Source: a virus | Virus record (IMG/VR): IMGVR_UViG_3300017780_002571 | Location: 38,277-102,276 of that record | Length of the DNA stretch: 64,000 nucleotides | Direction: 5' to 3' (one strand) | In this document: piece by piece, positions 9,956-19,632 of the stretch | Numbering within the stretch: the first letter of the stretch is position 1 | Layout: each line of letters opens with the position of its first letter | Translations under genes and position numbers: made by a program | Notes under the pieces: model-generated | The model's input: only the letters and a program-made list of their open reading frames with translations | Databases searched by the model: none | Told to the model about the DNA's origin: nothing

Positions 9956-10815
9956 ACAGCGGACCTCGTTTGTTTGTCTATTCCCGGAATATGTGGCTCA
10001 CCTTGAAAGTTGAGCACATTGTTCCATTTTACACGGCACTCCTCCAAGGTTTTCTTACACCCTGCAGTCAGATGCACCAACTCCCCCGGGGACACCGTGA
10101 AGTGCATTGGGAAGTCCAGAGTGATAGTTCCATAATTGAAGCCACGTATGGTGGCAGACAGGCCGATGTTAGGTCCAGAGAGGAATCGAATCACCCCGTT
10201 GGTAAACCAGTCATACGGGTAGATGTAGTAGTCGTCAAGGACCATGAAATACAAGCTGGTCTGAGAGCCAACAGTAGTCACAGCAACAGACGGCACTACC
10301 CGATTCACATGAGAAGCTGAACATGGCGTGCTGTTGAACACGGCCCTGCAGGTCTTGGAGGTGATAGGCCCCACCGCTTGTTGCAGCTTCTGCTGTAAGC
10401 CTCGAAGCTCCACAGTGATAGTAGCCCCCTTCACCTGAATCTCCCCGAGGTGCCCGGTCAACAGGACCTCGGAGCCCCAACTGGGGTTCTCCCAACAGTA
10501 CCTGCGTAGAGAGAACCTTGCACTGGTCCACCGCCCACAAAGGATATCGTCCTGAGTGAACACGGACCCATCATCGAAGGTGGTCAGCTCCATGTTATCC
10601 ACGGATAACGTGTTGGTTGTCTTGACCCCGGTAACGTCTAGCCCTACTGTGGCGCTCAGGGCCGGGAGGCCCGATATTACTCCGGCAGCTACCCCTTCGG
10701 CAGCGGAGGTGAATCCATAGACCGTACCGTCTTGACGTGTGATTACCAGCGCGTGGGCGACCTTCAGGTTCCCTGAGGCGTAATGCGCGAGTAGGGGGGC
10801 TGGGATGAATTTCAT
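9952..10815 (-). CDS. Baseplate hub protein (DUF2163/BR0599, GTA g13-like)
   Basis: ITRQDGTVYGFTS N-terminus; AGCKKTLEECRVKWNNVLNFQGEPHIPG C-terminus. Confidence 0.92.
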   Translation of the reverse strand: MKFIPAPLLAHYASGNLKVAHALVITRQDGTVYGFTSAAEGVAAGVISGLPALSATVGLDVTGVKTTNTLSVDNMELTTFDDGSVFTQDDILCGRWTSARFSLRRYCWENPSWGSEVLLTGHLGEIQVKGATITVELRGLQQKLQQAVGPITSKTCRAVFNSTPCSASHVNRVVPSVAVTTVGSQTSLYFMVLDDYYIYPYDWFTNGVIRFLSGPNIGLSATIRGFNYGTITLDFPMHFTVSPGELVHLTAGCKKTLEECRVKWNNVLNFQGEPHIPGIDKQTRSAV

Positions 10816-13800
10816 TGGCGAATCTCACGAATACCTAAACCGGAAATACTGAACAGGCGCTCACCGTCTTCTTCTCGGAAGTTAACGAACTCACACGGCA
10901 GATGGTCCGTAGTGAACTTCACCCACTTATCGAAGGTGCCAGTCCAACGAAGGTTCGGAGCATCTGCGTCCGTGCGCCCAGTGATGAGCCCTGTCTCAAA
11001 GTCGATGTTGTAATCCGTTTCACGTACCAAAAGAGTGCGTGCAAGTGTCGTTGGGTCCTGTGACCAAAGCTGAAACCCTAAGGGAACTGGCCTGCGAATA
11101 GGTACATCTACCATCGCCGCAACTACTTGGTACCGCTTGAATAGCTGCAGAACGTTGGCAGTGGCAGTCAGAGAGGTTCGGCCCTCATCCCCAGAAGCCT
11201 CAAAGTCCTCCCAAGCCTTGAACCTAAAGGCTTGGGCTTGCCCTCTGCAAATCATAAAGAAGTTGTAGATGTCCACCAGCTCCAGACGGGTGTAGAGGTC
11301 CGGCCCCGTGGTCCACTTCCCAAGAGGGATACTCCAGTGAGAGTTACTGCTCTCGTGCCCGGAAACGCTGGTCACAACGGTGGTGCTGAACCCGGGTCCC
11401 CCAGAGAGGCCGTACCTGAATTCGGTGTTGAACCGAGGAGTGGTCGTAGGCAGCGGTATAGGCTCTGGATCAGGGGGATCAATAGTGGGCAGGGTGGTGA
11501 GAACCCCCACGGTACCGCGCTCACTAACGAATACCCCGGCCACGGTCCCGGTGCCTATCCATGGTCCATTCACCAGCGTGGGGGTAAGGTTGTTGGTAGT
11601 CAGGCCATTACCTATGCCACCCTTAGACCCGTTACCCCAAACAAACACCTCTCCACTGGCGTTGTAGGCTGCTGCGTTCCAATCCCCCATAGCCACGCCA
11701 ACCCAGTTGGTTGCCGTACCAATCTGTGCTGGTGCAGATAATGCGGAGGTGGTGTTTCCGTTACCGAGCACTCCAAGGGCGTTATTGCCCCATGTCCATA
11801 ACGTACCGTCAGTCTTTACGCCAATGGCGTTAGTCCCGTTCACCTGAACATCAAGCCATGGCCCCGCTGCAGCCAGCGTGAACATGCCGTCCTGAACACT
11901 CGTCGGAACTCCGTCTAGATATGGATTCCCGGCGTAGTACAAGGCCCCGCCAACACGAAGGGCGAAAGTGGCACCAGAGGCTGGTTGGCGGCTTACAACC
12001 TTAGACCAATTGGTGTACGCCCGGGACTCCTGAGTTAGGACCGACTTGGAAGTGAAGTCACCCACTCCAAGTTGTCCCGCTGTGTTGAATCCGGTGGACC
12101 ACAGCGTCCCGTTAGTACGGATGCCTGTAGTTCTGGCACTTCCTGTAGAGACACTAGCCCAAGGCCCTGCGTCGATAAGGGCAGGGGTGGGTCCTCCGGG
12201 AAGCTGAGCCATGTTCCCGTTCGAAGTACTGCCGAAGCCATACATGGCCCCATTAGCCTTTAGGGCAATGGAGTATCCATTGCCTGCAGCTACCTTGGCC
12301 CAGTCTGTGTCTGTACCGACTTGGACAGGAGACGGGAATCGGTCCACCCCGGACTGACCACACTGGCTTGAGAAGTTCTCTCCCCAAGCCCACAAGGTAC
12401 CATCTGCCCGGACAGCGAGAGAATGCTCTGACCCCATGCTGAGGTCTCTCCAACTCCCGGTGATTTGAGTAGGGGACAACACGTCCACCAGCGTCCCCAC
12501 TCCAGCCTCCCCGCTCGTATTCTCGCCCCATGTGTACAAGGCCTTGGGGGCTGGTGGTGTTGGCGGTGCTACTGGAGGGGCTGCGAGTATCCCCACTGCC
12601 CCGTACCCGCTAAGAGCGACTTGAACTGCCGTACCCCATGGCCCTGTCACTTTTTTAGGGGTGTAGGAGTTAGCAGTCAGCCCGTCCCCAAGCCCACCAC
12701 TGGACCCGTCGCCCCAAACAAATATCTCCCCATCGGAGTTGATGGCCGCCGCATTTTGCCCAGCCACAGCCACCATAACCCAATTCGTAGCCGTGCCTAC
12801 CTGAGTAGGGGTACTTATGTTGGGGGTGGTGGTCCCGTTGCCAAGTTTCCCGTAAGCGTTCTCCCCCCAAGCCCACAAGGTACCATCAGTTTTGACACCC
12901 AGTACGTCTTCTCCGTTCGTGCGAACGTGCAGCCATGGACCCGGAGCTGATAGGTTGTACCTCGCCTCATCTAAAGCCCCCGCCACGCCGTCAAGGTAGG
13001 GGCTCCCGGTGTAGTACAGAGCTCCACCTGATCGCATGGCGAAGATGCTGCCCCCAGATTGACCCGTGGTACATAGGTCTACCCAGTCTGTGTACCCTCG
13101 GGACTCAGCCGTAAACGAAGTCTTTTGGGAGTAGTCGTTGTATATCCCTAGTTCGCCGCTTCCGTTACCGCCCGTGCTCCACAGCGTCCCGTTAGTTCTG
13201 AGACCAACGGTAATGTCATAGGCAGAAATAACCTTGGCCCATGGACCTGCGTGTATCAGAAGAGGGGTTGTCCCGCTAGCGATCCCGGCCATCCGACCAC
13301 CGACGTTAAATCCGAATCCGTATAGGGCTCCGTTAGCCTTGATGGCAAGAGAGTAGCCGTTCCCGGCTGCCACTTTGGACCAATCTGTGTCCGTCCCAAC
13401 TTGGGTTGGGGAGGTGCGCCGAAAAGGGGACACTGCAGGGGTGCCGCACTGACCGTAGTTGTTATCTCCCCAAGCCCACAGAGTGCCATCAACAGCTACC
13501 GCTAGGGAGTGATTAATCCCCATGCTTAGAGCAATCCAAGCCCCTGCCACCTGCGTGGGGGACAAGACATCCACCGTGCCCCCCTGCCCAGTCTCCCCGG
13601 AAGAGCTCTCACCCCACGTGTACAACACACGGGAGGTTGGGAGCACCACGGGGGGTTGAGGGGTAAACGGCTGAGAGGTTAAGGTTAGCCCAGACCCACT
13701 CTTACTGATGGTCAGGGTGTTACTCGGCTGCCCATCGTAGAACGTATTGATGGTTGCGACCTGAAGACCAGATGGGAAGGCTGCCTCGTTTATGGATACG

Positions 13801-14795
13801 ATCCTAGCGCCTGCCACATCTGCAACTATGGTGTTTGGATTCGCAAAGGGATTAGCCAGAGCCCCTGCGGACCATGAGGTCGTCCATGTGAACGTAGTAA
13901 ACGGCCCTGTTGGGCCAAAGCACATGGCGGTGCCATCTACCGACTGATCCCAGAACGCGTTTATTGGGCTGTTCTCTCGGGCGAAGTACCCGTTGCGAAT
14001 TCCACCCCAACCGACGCCCCAGCCAACTAATCCAGTAGGGCTGGCTGGTGGAGTAAATGCCGGAGGTGCTGGCCAATCATCCAGACCGGGGAATGCCGTT
14101 GTGTAGATTGAGGCTGGGGGTGGGGTTGCATACCGCTCAGCACCATCGGTGATCCGGTACTGACAGAAGTTTCCGATCATCCGCTGCATGGTCCCAGCGG
14201 CACCAATGACTAACGGGGTAGCGGTGTACGGCACGTATGGGTTGGCCAGACTGTCCTCTATGAACGGAGTCATCTGGCGGTCTACCATCAGCCGGAATCC
14301 GAAGCGCCCGCCTTGCGTGGTTCGGATGATGGCGATGTGAGTCCACGTCCACGCTTGGAACTCCCAGTCCGTAGTAATGGTCAGATCGTTGCCGTACCCA
14401 AAAGTCCTGAATCGCACATTCCCGTTGGAGGTCAGGCTTAGCACCCATCCGTTCGTCAGGTTCTCGTCACAGCAAGAGGCTATGGCGTAGTTATTCCAGC
14501 TCTCGCAGTTCACGAACAGCTCGTGGGTGTGGTGGCCCGTGGCCGGGAACGTGCGGGACGCCACACCGTTGACAGGGCAGAGCGGTACGTTAATCTGAGT
14601 TGGTGGGTTCCCGGACATCCCAATACTGGTATCCGCCCATGTAGGGTCCCACTGAAGCACTACGCTGCTCTCTGACACAGCCCCCTGCTTTTGGGGGGCG
14701 GCCATGTAGAACTTGGAGTGGTCCCGAGTCTGGTTGTCGTCGTAGGCCGTACCCTTGATCAACAGGGTAACGTTATTAAATAGTGAATCTGGCAT
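10812..14795 (-). CDS. Extended distal tail protein: LamG-like + two RCC1-repeat propellers + C-terminal DUF2460
   Basis: WTHIAIIR / YRITDGAERY (LamG-like); repeated HSLAV-DGTLWAWG-N--GQ-G (RCC1); YGLSGGPGFSTTVV...FFMICRGQAQAFRFKAWED (DUF2460). Confidence 0.85.
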   Translation of the reverse strand: MPDSLFNNVTLLIKGTAYDDNQTRDHSKFYMAAPQKQGAVSESSVVLQWDPTWADTSIGMSGNPPTQINVPLCPVNGVASRTFPATGHHTHELFVNCESWNNYAIASCCDENLTNGWVLSLTSNGNVRFRTFGYGNDLTITTDWEFQAWTWTHIAIIRTTQGGRFGFRLMVDRQMTPFIEDSLANPYVPYTATPLVIGAAGTMQRMIGNFCQYRITDGAERYATPPPASIYTTAFPGLDDWPAPPAFTPPASPTGLVGWGVGWGGIRNGYFARENSPINAFWDQSVDGTAMCFGPTGPFTTFTWTTSWSAGALANPFANPNTIVADVAGARIVSINEAAFPSGLQVATINTFYDGQPSNTLTISKSGSGLTLTSQPFTPQPPVVLPTSRVLYTWGESSSGETGQGGTVDVLSPTQVAGAWIALSMGINHSLAVAVDGTLWAWGDNNYGQCGTPAVSPFRRTSPTQVGTDTDWSKVAAGNGYSLAIKANGALYGFGFNVGGRMAGIASGTTPLLIHAGPWAKVISAYDITVGLRTNGTLWSTGGNGSGELGIYNDYSQKTSFTAESRGYTDWVDLCTTGQSGGSIFAMRSGGALYYTGSPYLDGVAGALDEARYNLSAPGPWLHVRTNGEDVLGVKTDGTLWAWGENAYGKLGNGTTTPNISTPTQVGTATNWVMVAVAGQNAAAINSDGEIFVWGDGSSGGLGDGLTANSYTPKKVTGPWGTAVQVALSGYGAVGILAAPPVAPPTPPAPKALYTWGENTSGEAGVGTLVDVLSPTQITGSWRDLSMGSEHSLAVRADGTLWAWGENFSSQCGQSGVDRFPSPVQVGTDTDWAKVAAGNGYSIALKANGAMYGFGSTSNGNMAQLPGGPTPALIDAGPWASVSTGSARTTGIRTNGTLWSTGFNTAGQLGVGDFTSKSVLTQESRAYTNWSKVVSRQPASGATFALRVGGALYYAGNPYLDGVPTSVQDGMFTLAAAGPWLDVQVNGTNAIGVKTDGTLWTWGNNALGVLGNGNTTSALSAPAQIGTATNWVGVAMGDWNAAAYNASGEVFVWGNGSKGGIGNGLTTNNLTPTLVNGPWIGTGTVAGVFVSERGTVGVLTTLPTIDPPDPEPIPLPTTTPRFNTEFRYGLSGGPGFSTTVVTSVSGHESSNSHWSIPLGKWTTGPDLYTRLELVDIYNFFMICRGQAQAFRFKAWEDFEASGDEGRTSLTATANVLQLFKRYQVVAAMVDVPIRRPVPLGFQLWSQDPTTLARTLLVRETDYNIDFETGLITGRTDADAPNLRWTGTFDKWVKFTTDHLPCEFVNFREEDGERLFSISGLGIREIRQ

Positions 14796-17700
14796 TACGA
14801 ATTCCTAGATGTGGCGCGATCTGCAGAGCGCATAGCCTCTTCCTGCAGTTGGGCTTGAGATTTACGGAAACTGTTTGCGTCAGGGGTTGTGATGTTCTGC
14901 ACCACGGTAACACTCGGCCTTTGACCTTGTGCAATTGATTGCACTGGGGACCCCCGAGCTGGCATGACTGAGCCCCCGGATGCGAAGTGAGTACGCCCGG
15001 GGAAGTTGACCGCACTGGGAGTCATCTTCCCGAAGTTGATTGCGTTCAGGAACGGTAGCCATGCAGCGGTTGACTTGGCATTCACCACGTACTCACCAGC
15101 GGAACCCCAGATGGGAACACTGTCACTGGTGCCTGTGCCGGGGCCGTTGATCGGGCCGCCTTCAGCAAAGAATGAAGCAGCGAGATTGAACAGGCTACCC
15201 ACTCCACCATCACCCCCACCAGAGCCACCAGAACTGCTTGTAAGGCTACTAAAAATGCTGGTTAGGGTGTTGCCTAGGGAACTGGCCAACTCGCCTAATC
15301 CAAGGCCCCCACCGCTAGCCTGCCCAGATAAGCTGGAGAACACCCCAGACAGAGACTCGGACATGGAAGAGAACAGACCAGAGATGCCGCCACCCTCAGC
15401 CGTCAGGGACTCGCTGATACCAGAGAAGGCTTCCCCGATGCCAGTGCCCAACCCCTTGATGGAATCAAAGACCGTACCACCAACACCTTGGAAGACTGCA
15501 CCAACGCTGCTTAGAGCCTCTCTGGACACGTCTTCGAAGCCCTTGAAGGCCTCCCCAGCCTGCTCCTTGATGTAGGCCAGCGCGGTGCCTGCAGGGTCTT
15601 GGGCGGCAGCCTCCAAGTTAATGCCAGCGCCGTCACCCCCGGCACCACCTGCGCCACCTGCAGCCCCGGGCGCAGCGGGTAGGCCCTTCACCACGTTAAC
15701 GAAGAGAGGATCGGTAGGCTTCTCGCCCCGGGTCTTGGTCTTTTGGCCGGAGAACAAGGAACCCAAGGATGCAAAGATGCCACCGCCCCCATCCTTGGAG
15801 GATGCACTGGTGAGTGCCCCAGCGGCGGTCTCTGCGAGGTTGCGGCTGATGTTCTGGTTCACAGACTTGATCAGATCGTTCTGCACTCCCTTGAGCACCT
15901 GTCCGATGTTCTGAGTGCCGTCAAGCAGCTTCTCAATGCCGGAGGACAGACTGTCGGTGAACACCTGTTGCAAGGTGTCGCCAAAGTCCTTCAGACTGCC
16001 CTTCAACTGGGCGATCTGGGTCTCGAACTGCAGGACCTGTGCCTGAGCATCAGCCGCAGTGGTGGCGTTGTCCTTGTTGTCCTTGTTCTGATCGTAGATG
16101 GCCTGCTGAGCAGCTTGCTGCCTGCGTAGTAGCTCAACCCGAGCAAGGATCAACCGATTACGAATGTCTTCCGCCTGATTGCTGGTCAGGGCGGAGGAGC
16201 GGCGCTGCAAGTTGACCGTGGCCTCTGTGAGGTCCAGTAGGCTGGTCTCCAGCGATATGCGCTTGGTCAGAAGCTCATTAGCCTGCGATAGCTTCAAAGC
16301 CTCAACGTCCCGGACTTGCAACGAGCGAAGTGCTGCAGCCTCATCTGTGCTACCAGCCTTACGAATCTTCTCTTCGTACTGAGCATTCAGAGTGGCTATG
16401 GCGGCGGCCTCCCGGTCCACACTGGTGGATAGGAGGTCTCGCTTTAGCTGTGCCACTCGAAGTTCGACATCCTTGCGCTGATTCTCTTGCTCCCGGAGCG
16501 TGGCTCTTTCAACCCCAGTCTCCCGGGCTAGAACCTCTTGGCGTCTAGCAGACAGGGCTTGGATTTCCGCTTTCTTGGAGTCCCGCTCAGCCTGAGTCCC
16601 GCTAGGAGCAGATTCGGCTTTCTTCAAGTCTGCAGCGATGTCCTTCAGCTCCAAAGCGGATTCACGCTTGGCAAGGTCCCGCTTACGGGCATAGTACTCA
16701 GACGCTGATATCAGGTTATCTGCATAGGCATTCTCATTGATGGCTGCAGCCTCGGCCACAGCGATGCGGCTCAGGGAGTTCTCCTCCTTGGCAGTCTGGG
16801 CGGTAAGTGCCACTACCGCTGCAGCATGTGCCTTTCTCTGGGCAATGATTTGGGCATTCCCGGCTTTATTGACGGCTTGACGTTCCTTGAGCTGAGCGGC
16901 GGCGGTAGCCTTGCCAGCATTAAGGGTGGCGTCTATGCTGGGCAGTCCCAGCTCAGTGTTCTTGCCAGACAGCGCTGCTGACAATGCGTTGAATCGTGCA
17001 AGGGCCTCAGGCGAAGAGATGTCATTGGCCAGCTTGTTGTACTCCACGAGGAGTAGGGTCATGGTCCTGCGTGCTTCGTCAGTACCCTTGGTCAGGCCAG
17101 TAAGACCGGACTCAATGCCGTTCAGGATGGTATTCGTCTTCTCGTCTATACCCGTGGCGATGACCCCAACATCAATCCCGATTGCCTTCAAGGCATCAGT
17201 ACGCGCTTGAATCCTAGCGGCGTCAGCGATGTCGGAAGCCCTCTTTGCCGCGTCGGCCTTCTCCAAGTCCTCTCGCTGCTTCTTTAGGCCCTCATTACCG
17301 GGAGCCTTGTCGAGAGCCTCCCCTGCTTTCTTGAGCTGGGCGTCCAGAACCTTACGCTGCTCAGACAAGTCTTTCTGCTCTGCAGTGAGCTGGGCCTTCT
17401 GCGCGGCAAGCTGTGCCTTCTGAGCATCCGTAGTGGCCCCGAATTCCTTGGACTGCACGTCCCGCAATTCTTCACTTACTTTCTTGAGCCGAATAGAGAC
17501 CGCAGTGGACTCTTCCATGGCCTTGGAATATGCCTTGAACGCTGCAGCCCCATCCAAGATCGTATCCGATGGGATGGCATCCTTGGACTTGTTGAAGTAC
17601 TCATAGAGCTTGTAGGCTCCGAAACCCAGCGCAGCTATAGCGGCCACAGCCAAGGTCACAGGTGCGAAGAGGGTAGCTAGGGTCCCGATGAATGCCACGA

Positions 17701-18901
17701 GGCCGCCAGTCCCTAGGGCCAGCAACCCCGTAAACGTGGCCACGGCCCCGCTCACCACCCCGAATGCCGCGATAGCCCCGGTGATCAGGGATGTGACTAC
17801 CCCGATTACCTTTAGGGCTACCCAAGCTGTTGCAAGTAATTGCAATGCATCCACTACCAACAGGATGATGTTTTTGTTCCTCTCCATCCATTTGATGAAG
17901 TCCACGATCTTCCCGGACACCGAAGTGATTGCGTCCGCAAGAGTGAACATCCCTGTGGCGGAGTCCCCTGTCGCGCTTTTCACCCCGGCAAAGGTGTTCA
18001 TCATCGAGTTGATGGCCTTGAGGATATCCCCTGTGGCCTGCACCAGTGCGGCATACGCGGGAAGTAGCAAGTTCCCGATAGAGAGTTGAATTTCCTTGAT
18101 GATCCGAGGCAGGGAGCTAAGCTGCTTCCCGGCGCTAGACATGGAGGCCTCATAGGTCCCGGTAAGACCTGCGGCAGCGGCCAAGGTGGCATTACCGAAC
18201 GCGATTACTTGCTCAGTCTTGGTCAGCTCCCTGCCAGCCAAAGCTGCGGCTCTAGCCAGCGCAGCCTCCCGATCCACGATCAGGCCCATGAACTTCAGGC
18301 CTTGGGTATCCATCTGTTGGACGTTGGTGACCAACCGCTGCATGGTCTCGGAAGAGCCCTCCCCAGACACCACGGCCAAGTCTTGGGCGGCCCGTGCGAA
18401 GGGTGCCGCGAAGTCCAAGGGTATCTTAGCCTGCAACAGACGGGTCAGAGACTCCCGGCTAGCGTCTGCGGTGATGCCGAGTCGCTGAACCGCCTTGTCC
18501 GCTTTAGTGAGTTCGTCCCGCGTGTACCCTGCGTTCTTACCTACGACCCCCAGAACAATGTCGAGAGTCTCAGCCCGAGCTGCAACGTCAGCCAGACTCT
18601 TGACAAAGCCCACGGCCTGAATGGCAAGGAAGCCCCCGGCTAGGAACTTAGCGCCCCTAACCGCACCTGCGAAAGCCCCCTCCAGTTGAGAGGCAGTATC
18701 CTTGAGGCCCCCCATGGTAGCGGCTGCGGCCTTGGCGTTAGCTCCGAGGCCCCCTAGCTGCTTCTCTAAGCCGCCAAGGTTCACCCCACCGACTCCGGCT
18801 ATGGCTTCCTTGGTTTGAGAAAAGTCCCTCCGAATATCCGTCAGGGTTTTCCCAACCGTGTTTACGGCGGAGATGACTATCTGCAGATTATTCGTTGCCA
18901 T
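14795..18901 (-). CDS. Tape measure protein
   Basis: 1368 aa, Ala-rich and helical; C-terminal FAEGGPINGPGTGTSDSVP...GEYVVNA and TPDANSFRKSQAQ motifs; follows chaperones. Confidence 0.95.
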   Translation of the reverse strand: MATNNLQIVISAVNTVGKTLTDIRRDFSQTKEAIAGVGGVNLGGLEKQLGGLGANAKAAAATMGGLKDTASQLEGAFAGAVRGAKFLAGGFLAIQAVGFVKSLADVAARAETLDIVLGVVGKNAGYTRDELTKADKAVQRLGITADASRESLTRLLQAKIPLDFAAPFARAAQDLAVVSGEGSSETMQRLVTNVQQMDTQGLKFMGLIVDREAALARAAALAGRELTKTEQVIAFGNATLAAAAGLTGTYEASMSSAGKQLSSLPRIIKEIQLSIGNLLLPAYAALVQATGDILKAINSMMNTFAGVKSATGDSATGMFTLADAITSVSGKIVDFIKWMERNKNIILLVVDALQLLATAWVALKVIGVVTSLITGAIAAFGVVSGAVATFTGLLALGTGGLVAFIGTLATLFAPVTLAVAAIAALGFGAYKLYEYFNKSKDAIPSDTILDGAAAFKAYSKAMEESTAVSIRLKKVSEELRDVQSKEFGATTDAQKAQLAAQKAQLTAEQKDLSEQRKVLDAQLKKAGEALDKAPGNEGLKKQREDLEKADAAKRASDIADAARIQARTDALKAIGIDVGVIATGIDEKTNTILNGIESGLTGLTKGTDEARRTMTLLLVEYNKLANDISSPEALARFNALSAALSGKNTELGLPSIDATLNAGKATAAAQLKERQAVNKAGNAQIIAQRKAHAAAVVALTAQTAKEENSLSRIAVAEAAAINENAYADNLISASEYYARKRDLAKRESALELKDIAADLKKAESAPSGTQAERDSKKAEIQALSARRQEVLARETGVERATLREQENQRKDVELRVAQLKRDLLSTSVDREAAAIATLNAQYEEKIRKAGSTDEAAALRSLQVRDVEALKLSQANELLTKRISLETSLLDLTEATVNLQRRSSALTSNQAEDIRNRLILARVELLRRQQAAQQAIYDQNKDNKDNATTAADAQAQVLQFETQIAQLKGSLKDFGDTLQQVFTDSLSSGIEKLLDGTQNIGQVLKGVQNDLIKSVNQNISRNLAETAAGALTSASSKDGGGGIFASLGSLFSGQKTKTRGEKPTDPLFVNVVKGLPAAPGAAGGAGGAGGDGAGINLEAAAQDPAGTALAYIKEQAGEAFKGFEDVSREALSSVGAVFQGVGGTVFDSIKGLGTGIGEAFSGISESLTAEGGGISGLFSSMSESLSGVFSSLSGQASGGGLGLGELASSLGNTLTSIFSSLTSSSGGSGGGDGGVGSLFNLAASFFAEGGPINGPGTGTSDSVPIWGSAGEYVVNAKSTAAWLPFLNAINFGKMTPSAVNFPGRTHFASGGSVMPARGSPVQSIAQGQRPSVTVVQNITTPDANSFRKSQAQLQEEAMRSADRATSRNS

Positions 18902-18903
18902 AA

Positions 18904-19239
18904 TCAGTCCAATGATTCCATGTATTTGGTGAAGTCTTTCCCATCCGCATGATACACGCTACGCATCGTATAGGCTAGGTCCCGGAGGTCCCGGGCACTA
19001 CGTTTGTGAGCCATCTCTAAGAAGGCTTGAACCCTAGGCATGGGGTACCTAAGGATGGCGTCATAGGAGTGCCCAGCGCCCACTAGGGCATCCACGCACT
19101 CCACCAGCTCATAGTGGAACCGCTCTACTGGGGTCAGCTTTGCGAGGTGCTTTGGGAGTTTTGGGGAACCGGATTTTCCGAGGGTGCGAGCCGCTTGACC
19201 TGTTCCATCAATTTTGATAGCGACTCTAGCAGCTTTTTT
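18904..19239 (-). CDS. Tail assembly chaperone frameshift extension (gpGT-like)
   Basis: The -1 frame from A AAA AAG is open and in frame with the 66-aa ORF 18904-19104. Confidence 0.85.
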   Translation of the reverse strand, partial: KKAARVAIKIDGTGQAARTLGKSGSPKLPKHLAKLTPVERFHYELVECVDALVGAGHSYDAILRYPMPRVQAFLEMAHKRSARDLRDLAYTMRSVYHADGKDFTKYMESLD

Positions 19240-19568
19240 GCGTCAGGCACCGAGATGGACCAAATCGCTTCGAGCAACTGAATCTGGGTTCCCGGGGCCA
19301 ATTTGAGGATGGTGTCTTTCTGGTCTTCCAGATCAGCCCCGTAGGCGATGATATCCGCCACTAGGAGGGGCAGAGCAGCTAAGACTAGGGGGTAGTTAGG
19401 TACTTCGGACTTTGCTTCGTTAAACAGGTTTATGGCTGCTTCACGGTAGGAGATGACCAACTGGGCTATCTCGTTCAAAGTAAGGGCTCGGATGGGTAGC
19501 TCTTTACCGGGAGCAATTTCCACATTCGTAGTCACGGCGATCAGATCACTCAGCACAATTTTAGACAC
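19134..19568 (-). CDS. Tail assembly chaperone (gpG-like)
   Basis: Lies between tail tube and tape measure; slippery site near its 3' end. Confidence 0.85.
   Translation of the reverse strand: MSKIVLSDLIAVTTNVEIAPGKELPIRALTLNEIAQLVISYREAAINLFNEAKSEVPNYPLVLAALPLLVADIIAYGADLEDQKDTILKLAPGTQIQLLEAIWSISVPDAKKLLESLSKLMEQVKRLAPSENPVPQNSQSTSQS
19233..19239 (-). other. -1 ribosomal frameshift site A AAA AAG
   Basis: GCA AAA AAG CTG in PDAKKL. Confidence 0.85.
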
Positions 19569-19587
19569 AACACATCTCCTATAAACC

Positions 19588-19615
19588 TAAACAACAAAGG
19601 GGCCGAAGCCCCTTT
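19588..19615 (-). terminator. Intrinsic terminator after tail tube gene
   Basis: AAAGGGGC-TTCG-GCCCCTTT followed by GTTGTTT. Confidence 0.85.
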
Positions 19616-19632
19616 ACTCATGACGTTAGCAG

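Noticed and set aside
7055-14795. Gene transfer agent
   Set aside because: The tip module is GTA-like, but the window has its own polymerase, ligase, nucleotide genes, long tape measure and early region, so it is a phage.
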